Source: Corallochytrium limacisporum Hawaii (taxonomy: Eukaryota > Protista > Pluriformea). From it: a stretch of DNA of 63,473 nt. Every line of letters starts with the position of its first letter. Within the stretch, counting starts at the first letter, position 1. The position numbers were made by a program, and so were the translations under genes. This document shows, one piece after another, positions 1 to 10,594 of the stretch. The stretch covers positions 116,771 through 180,243 of the forward strand of contig PDIP01000053.1 in the NCBI GenBank assembly GCA_002811645.1, given 5' to 3'. The notes under the pieces are model-generated. The model did not search any database. It had not been told where the DNA came from and worked only from the letters and a program-made list of their open reading frames with translations.

Positions 1-507
1 GGGGAATGGAGGTGGCGAGGTGAGCCCAATAGGGCCGGTTGGGGGGAGTTACGAGTGGCGCAGGTGGCCGACGATAAGAAAGTGATCATCGAGGGACACA
101 CCCAAGTCGTCCGGGTTGGCAAGTCGGTATTGGATGCCAGGGAAGTGCAGACCTTAAGCACAAGCGCTTTATTTGATGGCAGTCCGAGAATCAGCTGTTA
201 CAACTTGGTAGTACGTAGATCTGGGGGGTATGGACCTGCTGTTACATTTTCATGGATCTGGAAAGTCCTAAATTGTCGCGCATTGTGCCAGTTCAAGGAA
301 TGTAGTGGTTCACACTAATGGTATTTTGGACTCGGATGCTAGAGTACTGTTCACCATGATCCAACCCATAAATACAACAACACCACAACGATTGACCTGG
401 AGAGGATACTGACTCAACAATCGGGTCAAAATTAAGCATAGTCTGCAATCATGCACACTTGATAACATAAAACCCGTATGCCACTTCGTGACAAAAGAAA
501 CAGAGTC

Positions 508-2277
508 ATGACGTTTCGCACATCATTCACGGTGCTTGCGCTTACATTTGCAACCCAAGTGACAGGTAGATCTTCCGGCTTCAGCAGCGGCGACGTTACC
601 CCGGCTCAGATCGATGCAGAATTTTTCTTTCGACAGGCGGACACTGGCGAAATTCTCATTGCTGAGGAGGTAGTTTTCACCACTAATGGGCGGTACATTG
701 ATGGTTTCCTATACGGCGGTTTCGCCAGGGCCAGGATCGAGTCTGACTGCAGCACCAGCCTATACCATGGCGGAGCAAACTCAATATCAATCCGACCTAA
801 CGGTGATGATGAGACACCAAACACTATAGCGCAGGCCTTGGAAATGATAGACAAGGATGGACACTGGTCTGTTTGGTACGACTACTCTCCGGAGTTGGCG
901 CAAGCTCTGAACGGTGAGACCCCATGTTCATGCATGACCAAGCTTGGCTACGACACGGTATCAACCATCATGGTCGACCAGAGCAGTGTCGACTGCACAA
1001 TGCCGGAAGACATTTCTGTACCGGTGCTCTTCTTCCGCCCCACGAGACCTAACAAGGTCCTTGGAGGCCAGACCATCTCTGACGCCATTACCAAAGATGA
1101 GAACACGGAGGAGGTCTCTGTGCGCCTCGAGAACAAACCAACCGCAGGTGTTTCTGCACTGTCTCCAACAGTGGTTGCTAGTGCCGCTGCTTTTCTGGGA
1201 CTGTTTGTACTGGCGTTCTTCAACTGTCTTATTTATGTCTGGTGGCGCCAGCGCCGTAACCGTATGGTGCGCCAACGCTACGCTAACGGGGAATACCACC
1301 GTCACCGTGAGTTACGTCGCAGTCGGCACATGTGCTCACAAGAAATTACCGCATTGCAAAACTTCCGCTACACAATGGATCTGGCGGACCTTGCCAAGAA
1401 GGAATCGGAGAGCCGCAAGAACTCACTGCTGCTTACGAAACCCCCGAACTCATTTGTCGACGTCCCCGACGAGATCGGCGATGATGACACCTCAGTGTCT
1501 CACTCCATCACGGCACCTGAACAGGTTGCCAGAGGACCAGCACAGCCGGTGATTGGGAACCGCAGATCAACGATGTCGACCATTACATCGGAGGGCAGTA
1601 CCAGTAGCGCCACAGACGGTGGCAGCATAAGCCAGCAGGTACCCGCGGTACTGGAACAGACCGCCTTATCAGATCTTGAAGACGAGAGCGAGCAGGTCTT
1701 CATGTGTACAATATGCTTAGGTGACTTTGAAATTGGCGAGATGCTTGCGGAGCTGCCATGTGGCCATGCGTTCCACAAAGACTGCATCGAGCCCTGGCTG
1801 CTGCAACGGTCGCACTACTGCCCAGTATGCAAACAGGACGTCCGCATCGGATTGGCAGAGATACACGGTTGTGTTCGTCCGTGGGATGACGGAAGCGAGG
1901 AAAAGGGCGCTGTAACTCCTTCTGAGAAGGACTCGGAAGCATATCATCGCACGCGGACTCACAGTGTTTTCGACCAGATCCAAAAATTCATGCAAATGGG
2001 ACACCTTCCGGCGATGACCGAAGAGGAAATGAATCGTGAAGGGCGCGATGAAGTCGACGACATGGAAGCAGGACAGCCCGCCAAGGTGTCGACGAACATG
2101 CGTCGAACTCCGCGTAGTTCCATCACCGCTCTGCCACACGGAGAACTGCAGCAGTCAGGCGACCAGGAACAAGAATCTGCAACTCAGGATGCTACCTCAC
2201 CGAACGGAAGACGTGACCAGCGACGTAGCAGCAATCGACCCCGGCGGATCGCACGTTTCTTGTCCCGCTTCCGCTAA
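508..2277 (+). CDS. Transmembrane RING-H2 E3 ubiquitin ligase (signal peptide, luminal domain, TM, RING; RNF13/GRAIL-like architecture)
   Basis: Signal-peptide-like MTFRTSFTVLALTFATQVTG (ATG 508; alternative ATG 478), TM segment AAAFLGLFVLAFFNCLIYVWW followed by basic residues, and RING-H2 CTICLGDF...LPCGHAFHKDCIEPWL...CPVC. Confidence 0.85.
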   Translation: MTFRTSFTVLALTFATQVTGRSSGFSSGDVTPAQIDAEFFFRQADTGEILIAEEVVFTTNGRYIDGFLYGGFARARIESDCSTSLYHGGANSISIRPNGDDETPNTIAQALEMIDKDGHWSVWYDYSPELAQALNGETPCSCMTKLGYDTVSTIMVDQSSVDCTMPEDISVPVLFFRPTRPNKVLGGQTISDAITKDENTEEVSVRLENKPTAGVSALSPTVVASAAAFLGLFVLAFFNCLIYVWWRQRRNRMVRQRYANGEYHRHRELRRSRHMCSQEITALQNFRYTMDLADLAKKESESRKNSLLLTKPPNSFVDVPDEIGDDDTSVSHSITAPEQVARGPAQPVIGNRRSTMSTITSEGSTSSATDGGSISQQVPAVLEQTALSDLEDESEQVFMCTICLGDFEIGEMLAELPCGHAFHKDCIEPWLLQRSHYCPVCKQDVRIGLAEIHGCVRPWDDGSEEKGAVTPSEKDSEAYHRTRTHSVFDQIQKFMQMGHLPAMTEEEMNREGRDEVDDMEAGQPAKVSTNMRRTPRSSITALPHGELQQSGDQEQESATQDATSPNGRRDQRRSSNRPRRIARFLSRFR

Positions 2278-2586
2278 ATGACAACGCGTCAATGACAGTT
2301 ACCACTTAAATTCACACACATGTAGCATAGTATAGCAAAATCTTTTATTACAGAACATAGCATGACATTTCTCCTACACTTTGCACTATGCCTCTTGCGG
2401 GACACATCAAGGACACGACATGGGACGGTTGCAGCTATGAGTTAGTAACTATGTTGCGCTCAGTAAAGGGCGCTTTAATATGTGAAATCATGTGTCAATA
2501 GGGGGACTTAAAGTAAACTTGTGTAAGAAGTTAGAAGACTCCGAGTGCCCTGCGTGCACGGGCGGAGCCACATCAGAGCAGGAACG

Positions 2587-4869
2587 TTACTTGGCGAAGA
2601 ACTTCTTGCCACCCTTGGCGTAGTCCACCAGCAGAGGAGCAGGCTGGAAGTGCACACCGTTTGCGTCAGCGTAACCGTTCATTTTGTCCACGAAGTTCTG
2701 GGTGCCGAATTCGTCCAGCCAGCGGAAAGGCCCACCGCTGAATGGCGGGAAACCGAGACCAAATACGGCGCCCACGTCACCATCGGTGGGGTTATCCAAA
2801 ATACCTTCCTGCAAACAGTAGGCGGCCTCGTTGATGAAGCGGCCAGCAATGCGGAGCTGAATGTCCTCGTCGCTGATGTCGATCTTGCCGGTGCTGAACT
2901 TCTCCATGATTTTCTTGGCATCCTCGTTGACGGGTCGCTTACCCTTCTTAGGTCCAGTGTAATCAAAGAATCCCTTGCCAGACTTGCGACCGGCATGGCC
3001 GGCAGCGACCAATTCGGTCAGGGCAGCCATGTCCCCGCCGCCGAGGCGCTCCTTGAACTCACCGGCCAGGAAATGAGCGATATGCTCTGCCACATCCAGA
3101 CCAACTTCGTCACCGAGGGTGACAGGGCCAACTGGGAAACCGAAGTTCTTCAGCTGAGCATCGATACGGTGGGGATCCACGCCCTTCTGCAGCAGACCGA
3201 TGGTTTCGGACATCATGGGCGCCAAGATACGCGTGGTGTAGAACCCGGGGCCATCCTTCACGACGATAACAGTCTTCCCCTGTTTGATACCCATCTGCAC
3301 GGCAATAGCCTTTGCCTCAGTGGACGTCTTGTCGGTAGCAATCACTTCAAGCAAGGGCATCTTATCCACGGGGGAGAAATAGTGCATACCAACCACGTTT
3401 TCGGGGCGCTTTGATGCCTCAGCAATCTTGTGGATGGGCAGGGCAGAAGTATTGGACGCAAAGATGCAGTGCTCGGGGATGTGCTGCTCAAGTTCCTTGA
3501 GGACGCGATGCTTCAGACCCAAATCCTCAAAGACTGCCTCAATAACGAGGTCCACCTTGTTAAAGTTGTGGAAGTCCAGCTGACCCTTCAGGTGGCTCAC
3601 AATGTGGTCGCGTTCAATGGCTGACATGGCCCGGCGCTTGACACGCTTGTTCAAGTTGCCGAAGATCTGCTGCTCGCCGCGGGCCAGACCCTCCGCCTTC
3701 GCGTCCTTCATGATCACATCGACACCCTTGGTTACAGTGACCTCAGCAATACCTGCGCCCATTAGACCAGCGCCCAGTACACCCACAGTGTTGTACTCAC
3801 GTTTCGGCTTGCCGTAGCGGTTCTTCTTTAGGGCCGTCATGTTGTGGAAAATGGACATTAGACCGCGCGATTCTGGGGTCATACCGAGTTGACCAAATCG
3901 CTTGGCCTCCTCACGCAGGCCCGCGTCCATACCCTTTTCAAGACCTGTCTTGACGCATTCAAGAATTTCGTAGGGAGCTGGATACTTGCCACCGGTGGCC
4001 TTGTCAAGCTGTACCTTGGCCTGCTTGAAGACGTAGTCCCGACCGTAGCTCAGATCGTTTGTGGCCCAGTTGGTCAGACCAGAGATGGAGGAGAAGTTGG
4101 ACCTCTCACGCTTAGGCAGCTTGAGAGTGCCATCACCGAGCTGCTTGGCAACAAGGAGGGCAGCCTCTTCAAGGTAGCGCAGAGAGTTACTGTTTGGATC
4201 AGTCAAACCGGGTCCGAGCTGATCGACCACCAGGTCGACGAGACCAATCCGCTTTGCCTTATCAGCACGAAGCTCCTTACCCTGGAGCATAAGTGGAAGA
4301 GCCTCCATGACACCGACCAGGCGGGGCAGGCGCTGCGTACCACCAGCACCGGGCAGAATACCGAGCTTGACCTCGGGCAGGCCCAGCTTTGTGTTCTTGG
4401 CCTTTGTTGCAATGCGGTACTTGCAGGCCAGGGCAGTCTCAAGACCACCGCCGAGGCAGGTGCCATTGATAGCAGCAACAGTGGGGATCTTCAGTGACTC
4501 GAGTTCACCCAGCATCTTCTGACCATCGCGGCTAAGCTTAGACATCTCCAGAGCATCTTGGCACTGGTTCAACATATTGATATCAGCACCGGCGATGAAG
4601 TTATCGGGCTTTCCAGAGATAAGCACAGCAGCCTTAATACCCTCGCTCTTGGCATTCTTAAGACGCTGAATGATGGCCTGGAAGGGCGCGTTCACGCGGG
4701 TGTTAAGAGTGTTCACCTTAGACTCCGGATCGTCGAACCGCAGAATGGCGATGCCGTCCTTGACCTCCATGGTGATGGGATCCTTCTGTGCGGCGGCAGC
4801 ATAACCGCGGGCAGCCGTAGCGGACCAGGCCTGCTTAGTCACGGCAGTGCGCGCAGCCAGTGACAACAT
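2587..4869 (-). CDS. HADHA: Mitochondrial trifunctional enzyme alpha subunit (enoyl-CoA hydratase / 3-hydroxyacyl-CoA dehydrogenase)
   Basis: Mitochondrial presequence, crotonase motifs FIAGADI, CLGGGLE and LGLPEVKLGILPGAGGTQRLPRL, NAD-binding GVLGAGLMGAGIA, catalytic GMHYFSPV, and C-terminal GAVFGLGFPPFSGGPF; 760 aa, intronless. Confidence 0.97.
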   Translation of the reverse strand: MLSLAARTAVTKQAWSATAARGYAAAAQKDPITMEVKDGIAILRFDDPESKVNTLNTRVNAPFQAIIQRLKNAKSEGIKAAVLISGKPDNFIAGADINMLNQCQDALEMSKLSRDGQKMLGELESLKIPTVAAINGTCLGGGLETALACKYRIATKAKNTKLGLPEVKLGILPGAGGTQRLPRLVGVMEALPLMLQGKELRADKAKRIGLVDLVVDQLGPGLTDPNSNSLRYLEEAALLVAKQLGDGTLKLPKRERSNFSSISGLTNWATNDLSYGRDYVFKQAKVQLDKATGGKYPAPYEILECVKTGLEKGMDAGLREEAKRFGQLGMTPESRGLMSIFHNMTALKKNRYGKPKREYNTVGVLGAGLMGAGIAEVTVTKGVDVIMKDAKAEGLARGEQQIFGNLNKRVKRRAMSAIERDHIVSHLKGQLDFHNFNKVDLVIEAVFEDLGLKHRVLKELEQHIPEHCIFASNTSALPIHKIAEASKRPENVVGMHYFSPVDKMPLLEVIATDKTSTEAKAIAVQMGIKQGKTVIVVKDGPGFYTTRILAPMMSETIGLLQKGVDPHRIDAQLKNFGFPVGPVTLGDEVGLDVAEHIAHFLAGEFKERLGGGDMAALTELVAAGHAGRKSGKGFFDYTGPKKGKRPVNEDAKKIMEKFSTGKIDISDEDIQLRIAGRFINEAAYCLQEGILDNPTDGDVGAVFGLGFPPFSGGPFRWLDEFGTQNFVDKMNGYADANGVHFQPAPLLVDYAKGGKKFFAK

Positions 4870-6466
4870 AGTGGTTTGACTATACTAGAGGAAAAATTCC
4901 CGACGATATAAACCCAATGAACTCGGGAAGGAACCCTTTCCTATGATGTTTTGTTTGGAGCATGTCTCAGTTTGCTGATGACCTTTTGTTTACCAAATAC
5001 CTTTATTTGCTTTGGACTCTGTATTCAATCAACACTTTGGAGCACGCATGCCAAATCCGAAGCTCTTGCAACCACTACTGAACACTGTACTGCTACCCGC
5101 AGTTTCCAAAGCATCAAGAAAAAACATCGCCAGTACCGTCAGTCAGATTTCGTGTCAGACCAACCGAACAGTGTGCTGCTCTTTCCCTCTTTCGAACGGA
5201 ACCCAACACACGCCTCGGACCGTTCGCCAGGGGCCGACTTTTTTTTTCCAGAGTGTAAGAGTCGGGTACAAAGATTTCTGCACAGTCTTTTTATGCAAAG
5301 GGAGGCTGTAGAAAGGGTAGGCGAGCGTGAAATGAAAATCATTCACAAGCAACCCTGCGGGGAGGGGCGCGCCACAAAGGGAAGAAGAAGAAAGCGAAAT
5401 GCAACACACACACTGAAAGAGACAGTTTGTAGCCTGTCCTTCACCACTCTGCTCCTGTGCAGCTGGCCGCCCAGACTGTGAGCATGCATGTCTGCCATGG
5501 ATTGAGCGTATGTTCGTGGGCATAGTCCAGCTTTCGACCACAACTTATCATCCACTACCTGCGATGTTCCGTGAGATGAAGACTTGTCCTTCGTCGCCAG
5601 GATGACAACAAAGGCTGCATCCAGTTCAGCAAGAGAAAGAGTGGCCAAAGCTCGGTGAAACATCAGACATCATCAGGTGCGTTGCTGTTTTGGAAACTGC
5701 TCTCTCATTTCTTGCAATAATTCATTGCATGTGGATGTGCATCGTGGTGATGACCGTTTAAACCCATGTAATCACCCGTGCCGTTCGAACCCGCTCCTCG
5801 CGGGATCGGTCGGCGTGCCCCAAGGGACCAGACTCCGTCAGTAGAGAAAAAGGAAAACAATAACAACACCCATCCGCGAGATACGGGCGGGCAACAATAG
5901 CGGATCGACAGCCAAAGATGGAGAGATGATGGTTCACGGAGGAAAAAAAGAAAATGAAACACACAAAGAAAACACCAAAACGGACCGGAGAGGACAACCA
6001 CCGCCACCAGCGACGGCCTGCCCGTGTCGAAAAATGAGAGCCATGCCCCACGCGACTTTCACGGTGGAGACCGCAGAAGGGAAAGATAAAACACAGGCCA
6101 AAGAAAGCAGGAAAAGAAAAAAAAAGGAAGGAAGGAAATAGTACCGAAAGTAACAGAGAGGCGAAAGGTGGAATAAAAACCAAATTATTCTTGGTTACAA
6201 TTCGTCTCCTCTTACACACCGAAGATTGTAAGAAAAAAGCCACCTGCAGCACCCAACTGACAGCATGCTTTGCCAGGTGCATCACCCCCGAAAGTATTCA
6301 CTAAGGGTAAAAAAAGAGGGGGGGAGGGTGACTGCGTGGGTTGCGAACCCCTCCAAAAATCACGTGGAAGTGGTTACAGCGTGTGTGTGCCAGCTGGCCT
6401 TTTTCTCCAGCAGCCAGACTGGGGTAAGGGAAAAGGGGGGGGGGTGAATGTCAGACCTTGGTTTTT

Positions 6467-6469
<3 letters not shown>

Positions 6470-6501
<32 letters not shown>
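6470..6501. repeat. (TC)n microsatellite
   Basis: Perfect CT dinucleotide run. Confidence 0.95.
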
Positions 6502-6506
<5 letters not shown>

Positions 6507-7527
6507 GGAGTGACTTTCTTTTCACCTCATTTTCCTTACTAAATCCTTGGTTCAACTTTGCTACTATTGCCAACTGAGCCGGAAACCTACGCTGTCGATA
6601 TTTTCTCTTTTGGTGCGTTCGGTTTTGAACTGTTGAGAAGGAAAGGTGGACATCGGCCAGAACACCGAAAAAAGTACGGGCAGTTTCAGTATCACAGCCT
6701 TGAAATCACGCCGGTACATTCACCCAACCGGCTGCGCTGGTCCTGTGGGCACGCCCTGTGTCGACCTTCTCTCTGTTCTGATTCATTTCTCAGTACTTTG
6801 TGTATGTAAATCGCCGCGGCCTGACTGCGATCGAACGCGTTGGTTTACTAATCGAGTTCGGACGTTCGCATGGTATCTGTCGCAGGTGGTTTGCTGGGTA
6901 TTGTGGCTAGTGGGCATCCATTTCACATGACTCCGCCTCCCTAACTTTGGCTTTTCGTCGTGTTCCTTGTTCTCTTTTTCACTGGACCTTGAGGATTGCA
7001 CTGGTGTTACCTCACTGTCGAAAAGAGCAGGGTATGAGAGATGAGGAAATCTCCGCTCCCCTGAGGTTCCTGACATGCTTACATATCCCAGGAGTAAAAT
7101 CGAGAGACGCAGCGCAAAGCTCAGTCGTGTTTTTTGGGCATGCCACCCGCTCCTGTGGATGATGCGTAGTCCTCTTCTGCCACAGTCAACGACTGCACAG
7201 GACTTTGTGGATACCGGACTGTACCCCAACCATCGTCAAGCACAGGGACACCGCATGGCATTGATCGAGGACGCAAATCGTTCTTCCACCGTGTCTCTCC
7301 AAAAACCCATTCTTCGGGGAGCTTTGTGTTTTTTTTAAATAATGAAAGTATGGCGAAAACAAACAAAACAAAATAGGACCCAGAAAAGATGCCTTCCACA
7401 TTCAAAAGGCATTTGGAAACCCCGTAAACACGCCCTTACTCGAAGCCACAGAACGGGAAAACGACAGAACAAAATTAAAAAAAAAAACACACCAAAAGCA
7501 ATAAAACCTTTGGTGTACCGGTACAAA

Positions 7528-7530
<3 letters not shown>

Positions 7531-7580
<50 letters not shown>
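7531..7580. repeat. (TC)25 microsatellite
   Basis: Perfect TC dinucleotide run. Confidence 0.95.
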
Positions 7581-7583
<3 letters not shown>

Positions 7584-8470
7584 GTGTGCTGTCCCGAACC
7601 AATCCCGGTAGGTCATGCCATCCCCATCGTCCTCCGGAAAATAATCTGCCTCTATCTATTCAGTAGTTGAAAAGGACGAGCGCGTTTGGAAGTAGCCATT
7701 ACACAGGAGCCACACCGTTAAGACACACGAAAACAGTTGTCCCGGTCAGGAGACATTGACGAGTGTGGCAGGCATATAACGATGCGCGGCTGTGGAAAGA
7801 CTGTTTGTCCAGGCAAAAAAAGTTTGGGTTTTGAAAGGCAGGCGGACCTAAAGGCCAGTGCACACCATCTGCAGGGTGAGCGAGGAGTTGCAAACTTCTT
7901 GCGTTGGGACGGAAGTTTGACCACCACGGGCAAAGCATGAATTGGGGGGACACACCGAAACCAGCGGTGCGGGGGTGAAGGGGCCCCCGCGGGGGGGGGG
8001 CAAGCATTTGCCGAAAAGCCCACAAAAAAGAAAAAGGAAAAAAAAACCCTTGTGTTGCACTGTTTAGGTTGTGGACCCTTAAGGACACGCCGTATGTTGG
8101 AATCGCATTCCGGGTTCCACTTCTGCGCCTTCGAGAAGGGAACACACAAGAAACCAAAAAAAAAAACACAAAGACAACACAACCACCAACACGCCTACGG
8201 AGAGCTCAAACTCTACCTCACCTCTGGCAGTGCTAAAATGGGGTTTCGTAGTGGTGGGTGAGCCTTTCCTGACATTGGGTATATCACTACTTGCTCAGCT
8301 TAGAAGTTCCGAGTGACCTTGGACTGAATTCATGTTGTCTTTCATCGTGTCTAGCCTGGTACTTTGGACAAGGACGCCAACAAAGGCTACAACTACGCTC
8401 CCCATCGACTACGATCGTTTAGCCGGGTTGTATACATTTTACAATCGGGATCACACACCAAATTAGCAAC

Positions 8471-9829
8471 ATGTCACACATGAGCCGTATCGTCGCCCGC
8501 CGTGGCTATGCCACTGCTGCCAAGCCCAAGGTCGCTCGCCCTGCTGACCCGGTCGTCTTCATTGACGCAGCACGCACCCCGTTCATGACTAGCGGTAGCG
8601 AATACAAGAACCTGAAGCCATATGAGCTGGGTCGCATTGCTATCACTGGTCTACTTGACAAAACCGGCATTGACGCCAAGAACGTCGACGCTGTGGTCTA
8701 CGGTACCGTTATCCAGGAAGTGAAGACCAGCAATATTGCCCGGGAATCTATGCTGGCCGCTGATATGCCCCAGAACATTCCCGCTCACACTGTCACCATG
8801 GCCTGCATCAGTGCCAACCAGGCCTGTACCACTGCCATGGGTCTGATCAACAGCGGAGGCGCCGATGTTGCCATTGTCGGTGGTGTTGAGAGCATGTCCG
8901 ATGTTCCCATCCGCTTTTCTCCCAAGGTTCGGCAGGCCATGATTGCCTCACAGAAGGTAAAGTCGCCTGCAGGCTATCTGAAACTGGTCAGTGGCCTGGG
9001 CCTCAAGGATCTTGCCCCCGAGCTGCCCGCTGTCGCTGAATTCAGCACCAACGAGGTGATGGGATACAGTGCTGACCGTCTGGCTGCTGCCTTTGAGGTT
9101 AGCCGTTCGGACCAGGATGAATTCGCTTTCCGGTCCCACACAAACGCGCAGAAGGCTTTCGAAAGCGGCAAGCTTACCGATATTCACTCCTTCACCGTTC
9201 CCGGCACCGGCAAGCGCGTCGATCGCGACAACGGTGTGCGTCCCACTCCCGTCGACAAGTTGTCCAAGCTACGCCCTGCCTTTATCCGTCCCCACGGTAC
9301 CATCACCGCCGCCTCGGCGTCCTTCCTCACTGATGGTGCGTCTGCCGCTCTGATCATGCGGGAGTCCAAGGCCAAGGCTCTGGGTTTGCAGCCAAAGGCT
9401 TATCTTCGCGAGTTCACCTATGTCGCCCAAGATCCTAAGGACCAGCTGCTGCTGGGACCTGCTTACGCCACCCCCAAGGTCCTGGAACGGGCTGGTCTGA
9501 CGTCCAAGGACATCGATGTCTGGGAATTCCACGAGGCCTTTGCCGGTCAGATTTTGGCCAATCTGGCTGCTCTGGATAGCGACTACTTCTGTAAGACTTT
9601 CATGGGACGGGATAAGTTCGGCGCAGTCCCCATGGACAAGTTCAACCTGTGGGGTGGCTCTCTTTCTCTGGGACACCCGTTCGCAGCCACCGGTGTGCGA
9701 ATGATCGCCCACACCGCCAACCGTCTGATTGATGAGGACAAACAGCTCGGTCTGCTCGCTGCTTGTGCTGCTGGTGGCCAGGGTGTTGCTCAGATCCTCG
9801 AGCGTTACCCCGGGGCTTCTAAGATCTAA
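8471..9829 (+). CDS. HADHB: Mitochondrial trifunctional enzyme beta subunit (3-ketoacyl-CoA thiolase)
   Basis: HADHB-type thiolase motifs [25 protein letters not shown] (catalytic Cys), [31 protein letters not shown]; Arg-rich presequence; ends in SKI. Confidence 0.97.
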   Translation: MSHMSRIVARRGYATAAKPKVARPADPVVFIDAARTPFMTSGSEYKNLKPYELGRIAITGLLDKTGIDAKNVDAVVYGTVIQEVKTSNIARESMLAADMPQNIPAHTVTMACISANQACTTAMGLINSGGADVAIVGGVESMSDVPIRFSPKVRQAMIASQKVKSPAGYLKLVSGLGLKDLAPELPAVAEFSTNEVMGYSADRLAAAFEVSRSDQDEFAFRSHTNAQKAFESGKLTDIHSFTVPGTGKRVDRDNGVRPTPVDKLSKLRPAFIRPHGTITAASASFLTDGASAALIMRESKAKALGLQPKAYLREFTYVAQDPKDQLLLGPAYATPKVLERAGLTSKDIDVWEFHEAFAGQILANLAALDSDYFCKTFMGRDKFGAVPMDKFNLWGGSLSLGHPFAATGVRMIAHTANRLIDEDKQLGLLAACAAGGQGVAQILERYPGASKI

Positions 9830-10102
9830 TTGCATTCATGATGGGAGGTAATTTAATATGTAGAGCTTGGATTCACTGCGTCCATCTGTCATGCATGTCA
9901 CCTCCTTACTCTCTTACATTTTCATATCTTGAATTCATTAGAATAAAGTAAAACTTTCAACGTTTCTTTTCTTAGTGTACAATTCCTTCTACAAGCAGTC
10001 AAACTACTTGTTTCGGCCTAAGCCCTGTGACTCTGAAGGCTGTTCGCCTGTGCTACTGCAGGTGCCGATTGCAAGCGATGACCGTATCTGTCCCCCCCCC
10101 CC

Positions 10103-10152
10103 NNNNNNNNNNNNNNNNNNNNNNNNNNNNNNNNNNNNNNNNNNNNNNNNNN
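10103..10152. other. Assembly gap (others at 45722-45758, 56809-56995, 62342-62387)
   Basis: N runs, each adjacent to G- or C-rich sequence. Confidence 0.99.
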
Positions 10153-10594
10153 CCCCCCGGGAGGAGGGGGCGCGGGGAACCCGAGTGACAGCTACGAGGG
10201 AGTGACCAGAATCTCAAGCCCCACTGCGCACGAAGAGGCAAAAGAAATTCCCCATTGGTCTCGCAATCGAAACCATCAATACACTTGTCATACAGAGCGA
10301 GTAGGAATTTTACCCTCCGAGGAAGGGGGGATTGGGTATTTGTCCCCGGCATGTCCCTGCCCTAACGCCTGGACGCGGAGGAGACTTTTCGAATTCCCCC
10401 GCAGTTTCAGTAATGGCCGACGAAATCGGGCGGGTCGCGGGGGCTCCGTGGGGACCCAAACCTTGAGTCACACCAGGTACTTTGGTTCCTTTTTGCCGTA
10501 GCTGCACTTTGATCTTCGGACATACGTATGTGTCCACATACGCTCATAAATGCCCCCATGCCTGCGGGTGGCAAGAAGCTTGTAACAAAACAAG

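Noticed and set aside
2545-4863. Long plus-strand ORFs antisense to HADHA (289 aa, 202 aa) and similar ORFs opposite other genes
   Set aside because: Shadow ORFs caused by codon bias of the real gene; no motifs.
4951-8261. Many 60-180 aa ORFs in the HADHA-HADHB spacer, and likewise at 22.6-23.7, 27.2-32, 36-38, 42.8-49 and 56.1-57.3 kb
   Set aside because: Low-complexity translations (poly-F/K/G/P, RE repeats), often with non-ATG starts and no domain signal.
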